A stretch of 64,000 bases of DNA from a virus (lineage: Duplodnaviria; Caudoviricetes), in the IMG/VR virus record IMGVR_UViG_3300023179_000070, positions 18,053 to 82,052 of that record; one strand, written 5' to 3'. Positions 39,578-50,048 of the stretch are shown in pieces (the stretch's first letter is position 1; every line of letters starts with the position of its first letter). Made by a program: the position numbers and the translations under genes. The notes under the pieces were generated by a model, which was not told the origin of the DNA, ran no database searches, and saw only the letters and a list, made by a program, of their open reading frames with translations.

Positions 39578-40093
39578 TTAAAACCAAACTTCATTATGTA
39601 TTATTCTTAATATTTTAATCCAGTCTTTAAGATGTTCTGATATATGTATTTTGTCTGAATTTTCAAATCCATTTTTTGCTATATTATAATATATATTTTC
39701 TGATGGATAAGCTCTTCTTGCTTTATGTAAGTTTTTATAAAAAAATCCTAAAAATACTAAAAGTGATTTAGCTGTATCTTCGTCATGTTTGAATTCTAGT
39801 ATAGATTTTTTAAAAATAGGCTCTCCAATTAAATCATAGAATTTTAAACCAACTGCTTCTGAGACATATTCTTTTTCTTCAAATGAATATTTTAAATCTT
39901 TACTATATTTTATAATAGTTATTTCTGCAAATACTGGAAAACTTATATCAACAATCCCATCTATATCTTCTTCTGAAATTTTATTTAATATTTCTGGCAA
40001 ACAATCTGGATCTTGGATTAGTAAAAATGCTTTTTCTGGAGATAAGTCCAATTTTTTAGCAAAGAAATCAATATCTCTTTCAGATACTATCAC
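39578..40093 (-). CDS. hypothetical protein
   Basis: 171 aa ORF, GTG start. Confidence 0.65.
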   Translation of the reverse strand: MIVSERDIDFFAKKLDLSPEKAFLLIQDPDCLPEILNKISEEDIDGIVDISFPVFAEITIIKYSKDLKYSFEEKEYVSEAVGLKFYDLIGEPIFKKSILEFKHDEDTAKSLLVFLGFFYKNLHKARRAYPSENIYYNIAKNGFENSDKIHISEHLKDWIKILRIIHNEVWF

Positions 40094-40135
40094 TAATATT
40101 ATTACATTTTAAAAGTGTAATTTAGATTAAATATT

Positions 40136-41122
40136 ATGTTTAAATATATACTTGGATTATCAGCCTTCTTATTAGCTTCTTGCGCAGCATTCTTTTCAGT
40201 TAAAGGAATAGCTCTACTTTTTGCAGCTAGTTTTTGGAGCGTTGGAATAATGGCTGGAAGTTTAGAAATAGCAAAATTAGTTAGCGCAAGTTATCTTTAT
40301 AGATATTGGTCAGTAATACATGATTTACTTAAAAAATATATGCTATCTGCTACGATATTACTGATGTGCATAACAAGTCTTGGTATTTTTGGTTTTCTTT
40401 CTGATGCTTTTCAACGTAATTTTTCTCAATATTCTTTAAACTTAAATAAAATTCAAAGTTTAAAATCTCAACAAAATTTTTATATTTCTCAAATAGATTT
40501 CAATAAAAGCAAATTAAAAGATTTAATTGAATTACAAAAAACATATCAAACATCTCTAGATAATGCCGTTAAACAAGATGTGACTACAACTAAAACTACT
40601 GGCGGTGGATTTTTCAGTTCCGCTAAAACTGAAAAAGTAACAGATATTAAATTAGTAGAAAGTAAAAATAAAATAGTTGAAGGATCTCAAGTTAATATCA
40701 ATAACTTATTTTCTCAAATATCTACAGTAACTTCTGATCTTCAAAATTTAGAAAAACAAAGTCTAGAAAATAGTCAAGAAATAATGAGACTAGAGAGTGA
40801 TAATACAAAAGGCGAAATTGGTACATTTAAATTTGTAGCTGATGCATTTGGATTAAAAATAGAAACTGCAGTAAGAATATTTATTATATTAATTGTTATT
40901 GTTTTTGATCCATTAGCAGTATGTTTAGTTATAGCTTACAACTCAATTATTAAAAAAGTAGAAAATCAAGAATTGCAAAAAACAGAACAAAAAATTAAAA
41001 ATATTATAGATAAACCATTAGATACTTTTAAAGTATTTTATGAAAATCTACATAAAAATTTTAAACGTGGTACAAAAATGCAACATAATCCAGAATTAGC
41101 TGACCCAAATATCAAGCATTAA
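40136..41122 (+). CDS. membrane protein with long coiled coil
   Basis: three N-terminal TM segments (SLEIAKLV, TSLGIFGFLS), coiled coil, IVFDPLAV TM. Confidence 0.75.
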   Translation: MFKYILGLSAFLLASCAAFFSVKGIALLFAASFWSVGIMAGSLEIAKLVSASYLYRYWSVIHDLLKKYMLSATILLMCITSLGIFGFLSDAFQRNFSQYSLNLNKIQSLKSQQNFYISQIDFNKSKLKDLIELQKTYQTSLDNAVKQDVTTTKTTGGGFFSSAKTEKVTDIKLVESKNKIVEGSQVNINNLFSQISTVTSDLQNLEKQSLENSQEIMRLESDNTKGEIGTFKFVADAFGLKIETAVRIFIILIVIVFDPLAVCLVIAYNSIIKKVENQELQKTEQKIKNIIDKPLDTFKVFYENLHKNFKRGTKMQHNPELADPNIKH

Positions 41123-41298
41123 TATTTTTTAATTTTATAATTTTTAGTTGTAGGATCTAATTTAAGAACATGAGCTTTAGCTTTTATTAAGCCTTCTTTT
41201 GATGGAGGAAAAATTCCATGAAGAAAATTATCACTTTTACTATAAACAGCGTAATATTTAAGTTGTTTCTTCTTTTTTGTTTTGATTTTCTTTTTCAT
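41119..41298 (-). CDS. small basic hypothetical protein (59 aa)
   Basis: MKKKIKTKKKKQLKYYAVYSKSDNFLHGIFP...; read by hand, just under the ORF-track size. Confidence 0.5.
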   Translation of the reverse strand: MKKKIKTKKKKQLKYYAVYSKSDNFLHGIFPPSKEGLIKAKAHVLKLDPTTKNYKIKKY

Positions 41299-41527
41299 TT
41301 GTAATTTTTGTAAGATGCTCTCTTAGAGAGTCTCTAGCTTTTTCGCAGAAATCTTGATTTAATTGACCACAACAGTTTTTGAATTTTTTACCAGTATATG
41401 GGCAAATTGTATTTCTTGGTACTTTTGGATATATTCTTACTATTGGACTGAACTCTGTTGCCCTAGCATATTCAATCGAAGTTAATTTGTCTATATTTTC
41501 TTTATTCATTTTAATATTATAAGGCAT
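41258..41527 (-). CDS. SEC-C motif protein
   Basis: KVPRNTICPYTGKKFKNCCG. Confidence 0.65.
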   Translation of the reverse strand: MPYNIKMNKENIDKLTSIEYARATEFSPIVRIYPKVPRNTICPYTGKKFKNCCGQLNQDFCEKARDSLREHLTKITNEKENQNKKEETT

Positions 41528-41544
41528 TTATTAATTTAAATCAA

Positions 41545-42654
41545 TTATTTTCCATGAGCGAATCCTTCATACATGCTATTTGGGCTATTTCTAACAGCTT
41601 GTATGGTATTATTCCATAAACCACCGCGCATATCTTGTAAATTCCTGAAACCAAGATAACTCATAGAGCTTCTCAAACCATTAGTAAAATCATATACAAT
41701 ATCCTCAATAGATTTATTTTCAATAATTGGAATCAAAGTATTATCTCCTTCGACAAATAAATTCTTTTTGGTTCCATCATATAAATCATAATCTTCTACA
41801 ACATCTTGGCTAGCCATTCCTCTGTATTTAGCAAATCTTTTACCATCAATTTCAATAATATTTTCATCGTCTACAACATCAGACAGTCCAGCGAAAATTC
41901 TACCACAAATAACAGCATCGCATCCACTAGCGATAGCTTTTACTAAGTCTTTTGGATATCTAATGCCACCATCAGCCAGAATACTTGGTCTATGAGATGG
42001 GTTAGGTTTGTCTTGTTTAAATAAATCAACTTGAGAAAGTTCCCAATTCCTCACAGCCTTCCAAGCGTAATAGTTTCCAGTTAGACTTGGACATCCAATT
42101 CCAGTTTTAACTTGAGTTAAGCACATAGAACCTGGACCAATCAAATGTCTAAATCCGTCTGATTTAAGATTAGCTAATCTATAAACGCTTTCTTTCGTTA
42201 AAGTATTACCAACTATAACATCTTGTGAAAATCCAGCAGTTTTATACCATCTTAAAAAATCTTCTACGTTTTTAGCTAAACCATTAGCTGTATCTAAAAA
42301 GTAAACATTAGTAAAAGTACTAGTAGCTCTAATTCTTTCTTCTGCATCTTTTAAACCAATAGCAGTAACACAAAAATCACTTTCATTTTTAATAATTTTA
42401 GCTTTAGCTCTCTGATCATCAACACTCATAAATCTATGCAAAACTCCAGCTGCACCAAGTTTATTCATTTTAATACAAGATTTAACAGATGATACTGTAT
42501 CCATAGGAGAAAGAATAATTGGAATTTTGATACTACAATTTCTTGAAATTTTAGTAGTAGTATCTACTTCTTTTCTTGAGGTAATATTTGAAAAATTTGG
42601 AAGTAATGAAATATCATCATAACTTAAAGCTTCTTTGAATTCTTGTTTTTGCAT
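41545..42654 (-). CDS. guaB: IMP dehydrogenase / GMP reductase family (no CBS domain)
   Basis: SPMDTV, IGPGSMCLT catalytic Cys, ADGGIR, KYRGMAS, GLRSSMSYLG; guaB versus guaC not resolved. Confidence 0.85.
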   Translation of the reverse strand: MQKQEFKEALSYDDISLLPNFSNITSRKEVDTTTKISRNCSIKIPIILSPMDTVSSVKSCIKMNKLGAAGVLHRFMSVDDQRAKAKIIKNESDFCVTAIGLKDAEERIRATSTFTNVYFLDTANGLAKNVEDFLRWYKTAGFSQDVIVGNTLTKESVYRLANLKSDGFRHLIGPGSMCLTQVKTGIGCPSLTGNYYAWKAVRNWELSQVDLFKQDKPNPSHRPSILADGGIRYPKDLVKAIASGCDAVICGRIFAGLSDVVDDENIIEIDGKRFAKYRGMASQDVVEDYDLYDGTKKNLFVEGDNTLIPIIENKSIEDIVYDFTNGLRSSMSYLGFRNLQDMRGGLWNNTIQAVRNSPNSMYEGFAHGK

Positions 42655-42732
42655 TTCTTTATATTAAACTATTCTTCTCAAACAATCAAGAAAATAATTG
42701 ACTTAAAAATAAAAAAGTTTTAATATGTCTTT

Positions 42733-42804
42733 ATGTTTCAAACAGTTGCATGTATCATAATGGGTATTATAATATCTTTATATTGGCATTTTTCTACAAA
42801 ATGA
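42733..42804 (+). CDS. 23-aa hydrophobic peptide
   Basis: MFQTVACIIMGIIISLYWHFSTK; ATG 6 nt after TTGACT-17-TAATAT; ATGA overlap with the next gene. Confidence 0.5.
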   Translation: MFQTVACIIMGIIISLYWHFSTK

Positions 42805-43214
42805 ATAATAGAATATCATTTATTGAAGCAGCAATTCATACTGCTCAGATTTGGTCGAATAGATCAGAAGATCCATATAAAAAAGTTGGAGTATGTATCT
42901 TAAATAAAGATGGAAGAGTATTATCTGTTGGATATAATGGTCTTTTACCAAAATTTAATATTAAACAAGATTTTTTTAATGACAGAGATAATAGAAGAAA
43001 ATATATGATTCACGCCGAAATCAATGCATTATCTCTTATAAAAAGAAAAGATGATCCTTATTTATTAGCTTCTACATTATTACCTTGCTCAAATTGTGCA
43101 ACAAATATTGTTGCATATGGAGTTAAAAGTGTGGTATACTCAGAAGAATATGAAAAGGATTCTACAGCAAAAGAAATATTTAAATTTTATAATATAGAAT
43201 TAATTAAAATATGA
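42801..43214 (+). CDS. dCMP deaminase
   Basis: SVGYNG, HAEINA, PCSNC; start 42801 inferred from ATGA coupling. Confidence 0.9.
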   Translation: MNNRISFIEAAIHTAQIWSNRSEDPYKKVGVCILNKDGRVLSVGYNGLLPKFNIKQDFFNDRDNRRKYMIHAEINALSLIKRKDDPYLLASTLLPCSNCATNIVAYGVKSVVYSEEYEKDSTAKEIFKFYNIELIKI

Positions 43215-43699
43215 AATATATAATACTATTATCTTTTATAGCTAATTTTGCTATTGCACAATCTGGAGTAGTTTATGAAACATATAAAACTACAGGTAGT
43301 ACTAATGAATCACATGGAACAATTTTTACAAAACCTTTTCAAGAATATAATTATGTCAAAACTGCTAGAGGTATAGAAGTTTATGAAACATATAAAACTG
43401 GAGGAGGAAATTCAACGAATCAATCTCATGGCACAATATTCTCTAAACCTTTTCCAGAGTTTATTATAATTCAAAACAAAATGTATAGAACATATAAAAC
43501 TGATGCAAGCTCTACAAACCAATCTCATGGAACGATATTCACTAAACCCTTTGAGTCTAAGGATATTGATGAAAATGTAGATACAAAAAGTTTAAAAGAA
43601 AATATACAAACTCAAGTACGAACTCAAGAAATTCATACTGGACAAAATTATCCAAAATATGACGGAACTGGAGAAATATCTTATGGAGAAGAAAAATGA
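43211..43699 (+). CDS. secreted protein with three internal repeats
   Basis: signal peptide MKYIILLSFIANFAIA; 3x YxTYKT..NxSHGTIFxKPF. Confidence 0.7.
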   Translation: MKYIILLSFIANFAIAQSGVVYETYKTTGSTNESHGTIFTKPFQEYNYVKTARGIEVYETYKTGGGNSTNQSHGTIFSKPFPEFIIIQNKMYRTYKTDASSTNQSHGTIFTKPFESKDIDENVDTKSLKENIQTQVRTQEIHTGQNYPKYDGTGEISYGEEK

Positions 43700-44283
43700 T
43701 AGGATTAACTGGAGTAGCTAGATCTGGAAAAGATACTTTTTATTCAATACTTCAAAAGTATTTAGAAGAAAAAAATATTAAATCTCAAAGAATTGCTTTG
43801 GCAGATAATCTAAAAAAAGAACTTGGAGATTTTACTAAAGAAAAATTTAAAATAGATTTAAATAAATGTGAGGGTAAGGATAAAGAATTAATTAGACCAC
43901 TTATGGTTGCTTATGGTAAATGCAGAAGAGTTCAAACAGAAGGAAAATACTGGACATCTTTAGTAGAAACAGAAGTTAAAAATCTTAAAAAAGACAATAT
44001 TATTCCAATAATTACAGATGTAAGATATATAGAATATAAAGAAGATGAATATTCTTGGCTGAAATCACACAATGGTATTCTTATTCATATTTCTAGAAAA
44101 CTAGACGATGGATCTTTAATTCCTCCAGCTAATATTGAAGAAAAATCTAATGATAATAAACTTAAAGCTGTTGCAGATTACTCGATTTCTTGGGAAACAT
44201 GTCAAGATGTTAATTTTTTATATGAACTTATGCAAAAACAATTAAAAAATATTTATGAAAAATATATGGAGAATAAAAAATAA
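43696..44283 (+). CDS. deoxynucleoside monophosphate kinase
   Basis: GLTGVARSGKDT, ITDVRY. Confidence 0.8.
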   Translation: MIGLTGVARSGKDTFYSILQKYLEEKNIKSQRIALADNLKKELGDFTKEKFKIDLNKCEGKDKELIRPLMVAYGKCRRVQTEGKYWTSLVETEVKNLKKDNIIPIITDVRYIEYKEDEYSWLKSHNGILIHISRKLDDGSLIPPANIEEKSNDNKLKAVADYSISWETCQDVNFLYELMQKQLKNIYEKYMENKK

Positions 44284-44285
44284 TT

Positions 44286-44879
44286 ATGAATATAAATATA
44301 GACGATAATACTTTAGTAAGAAATATACAAGAAAAAAATGATGAAGAATCATTAAAAATGCTTATAAATAAACATTCTGCACTTTGTAATTCTTTGTATA
44401 AAAAATACTCAAATCCTATGGTTACATCTGGAGTTCACGTACAAGATGTAATAGATCAAAAAGATTATATTGTATACAAATCTGCAATGTCTTTTGATCC
44501 TTGTAAAAATTCCAAATTCTCAACTTGGTTGTACAATCAAGTAAGATATCAATGCCTTAATTGCATGAATGAGAATAGTCATTATTTGACACTTGAAACT
44601 GATAAATTAAACTATTTAATAGAAAAAAATACTACTCCACAAAAAGAATATAAAAATATTAATGAATATATTTTTAATATCATAGAGTCATGCTCCGATA
44701 AAAGAGTAGAAAAAATATTCAAAATGAGATATTTAAATAATACAAATAAAAAAATGTCTTGGAATAAGATAGCTAAAAAATTAAAGATTAGTACTCAAAC
44801 TGCTATCAATATTCATAATAAAGCTATCAAACTATTAAAAACGAAAGTTGAGAGTAAAAATTCTTTTGACAAAATATAA
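44286..44879 (+). CDS. phage sigma70-family RNA polymerase sigma factor
   Basis: FDPCKNSKFSTWLYNQVR (region 2), SWNKIAKKLKIS HTH (region 4). Confidence 0.85.
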   Translation: MNINIDDNTLVRNIQEKNDEESLKMLINKHSALCNSLYKKYSNPMVTSGVHVQDVIDQKDYIVYKSAMSFDPCKNSKFSTWLYNQVRYQCLNCMNENSHYLTLETDKLNYLIEKNTTPQKEYKNINEYIFNIIESCSDKRVEKIFKMRYLNNTNKKMSWNKIAKKLKISTQTAINIHNKAIKLLKTKVESKNSFDKI

Positions 44880-44900
44880 TAAAGGAGATACAATATAAAA

Positions 44901-45206
44901 ATGAATAATACAAATCAAAATACAAATAAAAATCAAAATGAGCTAGGCGCTCTTTGGAAGAAGAAAAGTAAAACAGGAATGTCATTTCTATCTGGTTATA
45001 TTAATGACCATGATGGTCAAAGAATTGATGTTGTAGTTTTTGCTAATAGTAAAAAGACAAATGAAAAGGCTCCAGATTACAGACTATACGTTTCTAAGCC
45101 ACTAGATAGTCAAAATAAGACTACAGCTTCAGCTCCAGTAGTAAAAACTGCTCCAGCAAGGAAAGCTCAACCAGTTGTTCAAGAGGATGAAGATGACATC
45201 CTATGA
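44901..45206 (+). CDS. DUF736-like putative ssDNA-binding protein
   Basis: ELGALWKK..FLSG..KAPDYR; acidic tail EDEDDIL. Confidence 0.6.
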   Translation: MNNTNQNTNKNQNELGALWKKKSKTGMSFLSGYINDHDGQRIDVVVFANSKKTNEKAPDYRLYVSKPLDSQNKTTASAPVVKTAPARKAQPVVQEDEDDIL

Positions 45207-46288
45207 GTTTAGCGTTTAACTTACCAATAAATTCAGTAAGTTTTGGTCAAGTATCTACATTAATTCTTAGAGAACTATATAATTCTAAGGTTAATGTAGA
45301 TATTTTACCTATGGGTAATATTGATTTATCTACTCAATCAGATTTAACTCAAGAATTCGCTAATTGGTTACAACAATCAATTAATTCTTCTCTTGAAACT
45401 TTTAATAGAAAGAATAAATTATTTAAATTATGGCATTTGAATGGTTCATTTGAAAGTTTTTCGAATGAACAAGTTTTACTTAGTTTTTATGAATTAGATC
45501 AACCAACAAAAATAGAATTAAATATTGTAAAAAATAATAATAAAGTTCTTTTTTCTTCAAGAGAAACAGTCGAACTATTCAATAGTCTTGGTTGTAATAA
45601 TGTAGAATATATTCCATTAGCATTTGATAAATATAATTTTAATAGAATAGAAAAAACATATTTTACAGATGATAGAATTGTTTTTAATCTAGTAGGTAAA
45701 CTAGAAAAAAGAAAACATCACCTTAAATTAATTAAACTTTGGGCTAATAAATTTGGTAATGATAAAAGATATGCACTTCAATGCTGTATTTTTAATCCAT
45801 TCATGAAACAAGAGGATCAAAATACTTTATTATCTCAAGTCTTAGAAGGTAAAAATTATTTCAATATAAATTTCTTACCATTCATGGGGCAAAATAAAAT
45901 TTACAATGATTATTTAAATAGTGCTAATGTAATTATTGGCATGAGTGGCGCAGAAGGATGGGGTTTACCAGAATTTCATTCTGTTGCTATGGGTAAATAT
46001 GGAATTATAATGAATGCTCATGGTTATAAATCTTGGGCAAATAAAAATAATAGTATTCTAGTAGAACCTAATTCTAAAATAGAAGCTTATGATGGAATAT
46101 TTTTTCCCAAAGGTGGACCTTTTAATCAAGGCAATATTTATGATTTTGATGGTAATGAATTTATCGCTGCCTGTGAAGAAGCTATAGAAAAGGTCAAAGA
46201 GAATAATACTAATAAAGAAGGTTTAAAACTTCAAGAAGAATTTACATCTGAAAAATTTGTTGAAAATATAATCTCTCATTTAAAATAA
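45203..46288 (+). CDS. GT4-like glycosyltransferase
   Basis: GKLEKRK, AEGWGLPEF. Confidence 0.78.
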   Translation: MSLAFNLPINSVSFGQVSTLILRELYNSKVNVDILPMGNIDLSTQSDLTQEFANWLQQSINSSLETFNRKNKLFKLWHLNGSFESFSNEQVLLSFYELDQPTKIELNIVKNNNKVLFSSRETVELFNSLGCNNVEYIPLAFDKYNFNRIEKTYFTDDRIVFNLVGKLEKRKHHLKLIKLWANKFGNDKRYALQCCIFNPFMKQEDQNTLLSQVLEGKNYFNINFLPFMGQNKIYNDYLNSANVIIGMSGAEGWGLPEFHSVAMGKYGIIMNAHGYKSWANKNNSILVEPNSKIEAYDGIFFPKGGPFNQGNIYDFDGNEFIAACEEAIEKVKENNTNKEGLKLQEEFTSEKFVENIISHLK

Positions 46289-46642
46289 ATGCCATTGTAT
46301 ACTTATATCCATCCAGAAACTGAAGAAACAATAGATGTTGTGCAATCTGTGCATGATAAGCATATATTTATTGATAAAGATGGAATAGAATGGAAAAGAG
46401 TTTTTACAGTTCCAGAAGTTAATACACAAGGTACATTAAAAGCGGATGCAACAGATAAACAATTTGCAGAATATACAAAAAATCAAAAAGGTTCAATTGG
46501 TGATCTTTGGGATAGAAGTGCAGAGCTTTCTGAAAAAAGAAAAAAAATCTATGGTGGTCAAGATCCAGTAAAGAAAAAGTATTACCAAGATTGGAGCAAA
46601 AAAAGAAAAGGCAGAGTACACCCAAAAAAACATTCTGACTGA
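46289..46642 (+). CDS. FmdB-like ribbon protein (cysteines lost)
   Basis: MPLYTY start and WKRVFTVP. Confidence 0.5.
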   Translation: MPLYTYIHPETEETIDVVQSVHDKHIFIDKDGIEWKRVFTVPEVNTQGTLKADATDKQFAEYTKNQKGSIGDLWDRSAELSEKRKKIYGGQDPVKKKYYQDWSKKRKGRVHPKKHSD

Positions 46643-46718
46643 ATTGTTAATAAAGTTTAAAAATTTTCTTTCTTTAGTTTAAAAAATAATGTAATATAGT
46701 TTTTGCGCTAGTTACATT

Positions 46719-48980
46719 ATGAATAAAAATACAAATGTTAAAAAAAGAAATGGTTCTACAGAAAAGTTTAATATAGAAAAAATAAACAAAGTAATTAACT
46801 GGGCAATTGATGGTTACAGTGGAGTTAGTTTAACAGATATTGAAATTAATGCTAAGATTAATATCCATGATGGAATTAATACAAAAGAAATTCATAACCT
46901 CTTAATTGAAAGCGCAGCTAATTTAATTTCCATAGAAAAACCAAATTATCAATATGTCGCAGCAAGATTATTAAACTACCAACTTAGAAAAGATGTTTGG
47001 AAAGGTAAACATGCTCCTAGATTATCAGAGTTTTTAAACCAAAATATTAAAAATAAAGTTTATGACTCAAGTATTTTGAATCACTATTCAGAAGATGAAA
47101 TAAATAAGATTGGAGAATTTATTGATCACGATAGAGATTTTATTTTTACTTATGCTGGAATCAAGCAGCTTTGTGATAAATATTTGATTAAGAATAGAAC
47201 TACTGGTCAAATTTACGAAACGCCTCAATTCGCTTATATCTTAATTTCAGCTTATGCTTTTGCAAAATATCCAGCAGAGACGAGACTTTCTTATGTCAGA
47301 AAATTTTATGATGCTATTAGTAAACATAAAATTAATCTTCCAACACCAGTAATGGCAGGAGTTAGAACATCTAGCAGAAATTATGCTAGTTGTTGCTTAA
47401 TTGGAGTAGATGATACAAAAGATAGCATTACAGCTAGTGCTACCGCTGTTAGTATGGCTACTGCTAATAGATGTGGAATTGGTATTGATGTAAGTAAAAT
47501 TAGAGCAATTGGTTCTCCTATTAAGAATGGAGAAGTTGTTCATACTGGTTTAATTCCATTTTTAAAAATCTATGAAAGTAGCGTAAAGGCTTGGCAACAA
47601 AATGGACTACGAGGTGGAAGTGCAACTTGTAATATTCAATGGTGGCATTATGAAATTGAAGATATTGTTGTATTAAAAAATAATGCAGGAACAGATGATA
47701 ATAGAGTTCGCAAACTTGATTATACAGTTGGAATGAGTAAATTATTCTATGATAGAGTATTAAAAGATGAAGATGTTACTCTATTTAATAATGCCGAAGT
47801 TCCAGAACTTTACGAAGCATGGGGAACTAAAGACTTTGATAAAGTATATAAAGAGTGTGAATCTAAAAAATTAAAGATTAAAAAGAAAATATCTGCTCGT
47901 AAATTATTTTCTCTTATTATTAAAGAAAGAGTTGAAACTGGTAGAATTTATATTCTAAATGTAGATCATGCAAACAATCACGGAGCATGGTTAGATAAAG
48001 TTACAATGAGTAATCTTTGTACAGAAGTTATTCATCCAACTATTCCATTAAATGATTATCACGATAAAGAAGGTGAAATTGGAATGTGTATTCTTTCGGC
48101 AGTAAATATGCTAGAAATAAAAAACTGGCAGGATCTTGAAAAGACTTGCGATCTTATCGTAAGATTTCTAGACGAAATTATTGAGCTTCAAGATTATTTT
48201 AATATTGCTGCTGAAAATTTTGCTAAAAAAAGAAGAAGCCTTGGAGTTGGAATTACAAATCTTGCGGCTTTCTTAGCAAAGAATGATATAAAATATAGTT
48301 CAGATAAATCACTATCTGTAGTTGATGAATGGATGGAGCATTTCCAATACTATCTATTAGAGAGTAGCGTTGAACTAGCTAAAGAAAAAGGTAAGTGTGA
48401 AAAATTTGATAGGACTAAATATGCTAAAGGTATTTTACCTATTGATACATATAAAGACAAAGTAGATGAAATAGTTAAAAGAAAGTTATCTCTTGATTGG
48501 GATAAATTAAGAAAAGACATTAAAGAATTTGGATTAAGGCATTCTACATTATCTTCTTGTATGCCTTGTGAGAGTAGTTCGGTAATTCAATGCTCAACAA
48601 ATGGAGTCGAACCTATTCGTAGCCTCATTACTTATAAAACTAGCAAAATGGGAAAACTTCCAGTTATGGTTCCAGGAATTGGAAAATATGATGAGAACTA
48701 TGAATTGGCATATGATCTAAAAGATAATACTGGATTACTTAAAATCAACGCAGTAATTCAAAAATATATTGACATGGCAATATCAACTAATGTATACTAT
48801 AATTATAGCCATTATGAAAATAATATTCTTCCAGATGCAAAAGTCATGAAAGAAATTATATATGCATATAGTCTTGGACTAATTAGTTTATATTATAATA
48901 ATACAGATGATGGAGATAAAGAACAATCCTTAAATCAAAAAGAAGACCGAGACTGCTCTAGTGGAGCGTGTAAATTATAA
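46719..48980 (+). CDS. nrdA: ribonucleotide reductase class Ia alpha subunit
   Basis: ATP cone VKKRNG, PTPVMAG, SCC, SNLCTE, TNGVEP, LYY, C-terminal CSSGAC. Confidence 0.97.
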   Translation: MNKNTNVKKRNGSTEKFNIEKINKVINWAIDGYSGVSLTDIEINAKINIHDGINTKEIHNLLIESAANLISIEKPNYQYVAARLLNYQLRKDVWKGKHAPRLSEFLNQNIKNKVYDSSILNHYSEDEINKIGEFIDHDRDFIFTYAGIKQLCDKYLIKNRTTGQIYETPQFAYILISAYAFAKYPAETRLSYVRKFYDAISKHKINLPTPVMAGVRTSSRNYASCCLIGVDDTKDSITASATAVSMATANRCGIGIDVSKIRAIGSPIKNGEVVHTGLIPFLKIYESSVKAWQQNGLRGGSATCNIQWWHYEIEDIVVLKNNAGTDDNRVRKLDYTVGMSKLFYDRVLKDEDVTLFNNAEVPELYEAWGTKDFDKVYKECESKKLKIKKKISARKLFSLIIKERVETGRIYILNVDHANNHGAWLDKVTMSNLCTEVIHPTIPLNDYHDKEGEIGMCILSAVNMLEIKNWQDLEKTCDLIVRFLDEIIELQDYFNIAAENFAKKRRSLGVGITNLAAFLAKNDIKYSSDKSLSVVDEWMEHFQYYLLESSVELAKEKGKCEKFDRTKYAKGILPIDTYKDKVDEIVKRKLSLDWDKLRKDIKEFGLRHSTLSSCMPCESSSVIQCSTNGVEPIRSLITYKTSKMGKLPVMVPGIGKYDENYELAYDLKDNTGLLKINAVIQKYIDMAISTNVYYNYSHYENNILPDAKVMKEIIYAYSLGLISLYYNNTDDGDKEQSLNQKEDRDCSSGACKL

Positions 48981-48983
48981 TCC

Positions 48984-50048
48984 ATGAAAACAGTTTTAAA
49001 CTTTAAAAATATAGACAGTACTAAACAGCCATTATTTCTTGGTGAAGATTTGAATCTTCAAAGATATGATCGTTTTAAATATCCTATATTTTTTGAATTA
49101 TTCAAAAAACAAAATGAAAATTTCTGGTGGCCTCATGAAATAGCTTTAGGAAAAGATCGTAGTGATTATAAAAACTTAACTGATACAGAAAGATTTGTAT
49201 TTGATAGTAATTTACGGTTCCAAACTCTTGGAGATAGTATGCTTTCTAGAAGTATTCATTCTCTTAAAGATTATGTAAGTAATCCAGAACTTGAAATTTG
49301 TATGAATACTTGGGCACAATTTGAGGGTATTCATAGTTATTCTTATTCTTATCTTTTAAATAATGTTTATCCAGATGCCACTAAATTCTTTGATAGTATT
49401 ATGGAAGATAAAGAGATTACAAGTCGCGCCGAATTGATTAGAAATAATTTTGATAAGATTCTCGGTGATGACGAAAAGAAAGATCCTAAACAAAAGATTT
49501 TTGATGCAATTCTTTCTATTAATGTAATGGAAGGTCTTGTATTTTATGTTTCTTTTGCTTGTTCTTTTTATTTTGGTTACAGAGGTAAGATGGAAGGTAA
49601 TTCTAAAATTATTAAATTTATTCAAAGAGATGAAGCATTACATTTTGCAGTTAGCCAAAATTTACTTAAAATTTTAAAAGAGGAAGATAAAGAAGGATTT
49701 ACTAGTATAGTTAAAAAAAGTGAAGATAAGATATACGCTTTTTATGAACAAGCAGCTAAAAATGAAAGTGAATGGTCTAAATATTTATTTAGTAGAGGTA
49801 GTCTGCTAGGTTTAAATGCAGAAGTATTAGATGGTTATTCTAAATGGCTATGTGATTCTAGGCTAAGAAGTCTTGGATATAAGAAGATTTTTAATCAAAA
49901 AGATAATCCTATATCTGGATGGTTAGATAGCTATCTAGATAGCAGTAAAGTGCAGGTAGCACCTCAAGAAACAGAGATATCTAGTTATAAAGTTGGAGCA
50001 AGGAAAACTGATATATCTGATGATGATTTTGGCGATTTAAAGTTATAA
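48984..50048 (+). CDS. nrdB: ribonucleotide reductase class Ia beta subunit
   Basis: FWWPHE, EGIHSYSY, EGLVFYVSF, RDEALH, VAPQETEISSY. Confidence 0.97.
   Translation: MKTVLNFKNIDSTKQPLFLGEDLNLQRYDRFKYPIFFELFKKQNENFWWPHEIALGKDRSDYKNLTDTERFVFDSNLRFQTLGDSMLSRSIHSLKDYVSNPELEICMNTWAQFEGIHSYSYSYLLNNVYPDATKFFDSIMEDKEITSRAELIRNNFDKILGDDEKKDPKQKIFDAILSINVMEGLVFYVSFACSFYFGYRGKMEGNSKIIKFIQRDEALHFAVSQNLLKILKEEDKEGFTSIVKKSEDKIYAFYEQAAKNESEWSKYLFSRGSLLGLNAEVLDGYSKWLCDSRLRSLGYKKIFNQKDNPISGWLDSYLDSSKVQVAPQETEISSYKVGARKTDISDDDFGDLKL

Noticed and set aside
45040-45065. TTTGCTAA-N10-ACAAAT as a fifth copy of the 56.3-56.7 kb repeat
   Set aside because: Lies inside a CDS, is imperfect and is plausible by chance in AT-rich DNA
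46688-46718. Inverted repeat AATGTAA..TTACATT upstream of nrdA as an NrdR box
   Set aside because: Poor match to the NrdR consensus; may just be a promoter variant
13272-50048. Inteins or introns in dnaE, dnaB, recA or nrdAB
   Set aside because: Lengths are normal, ORFs are continuous and no intein or intron motifs were seen
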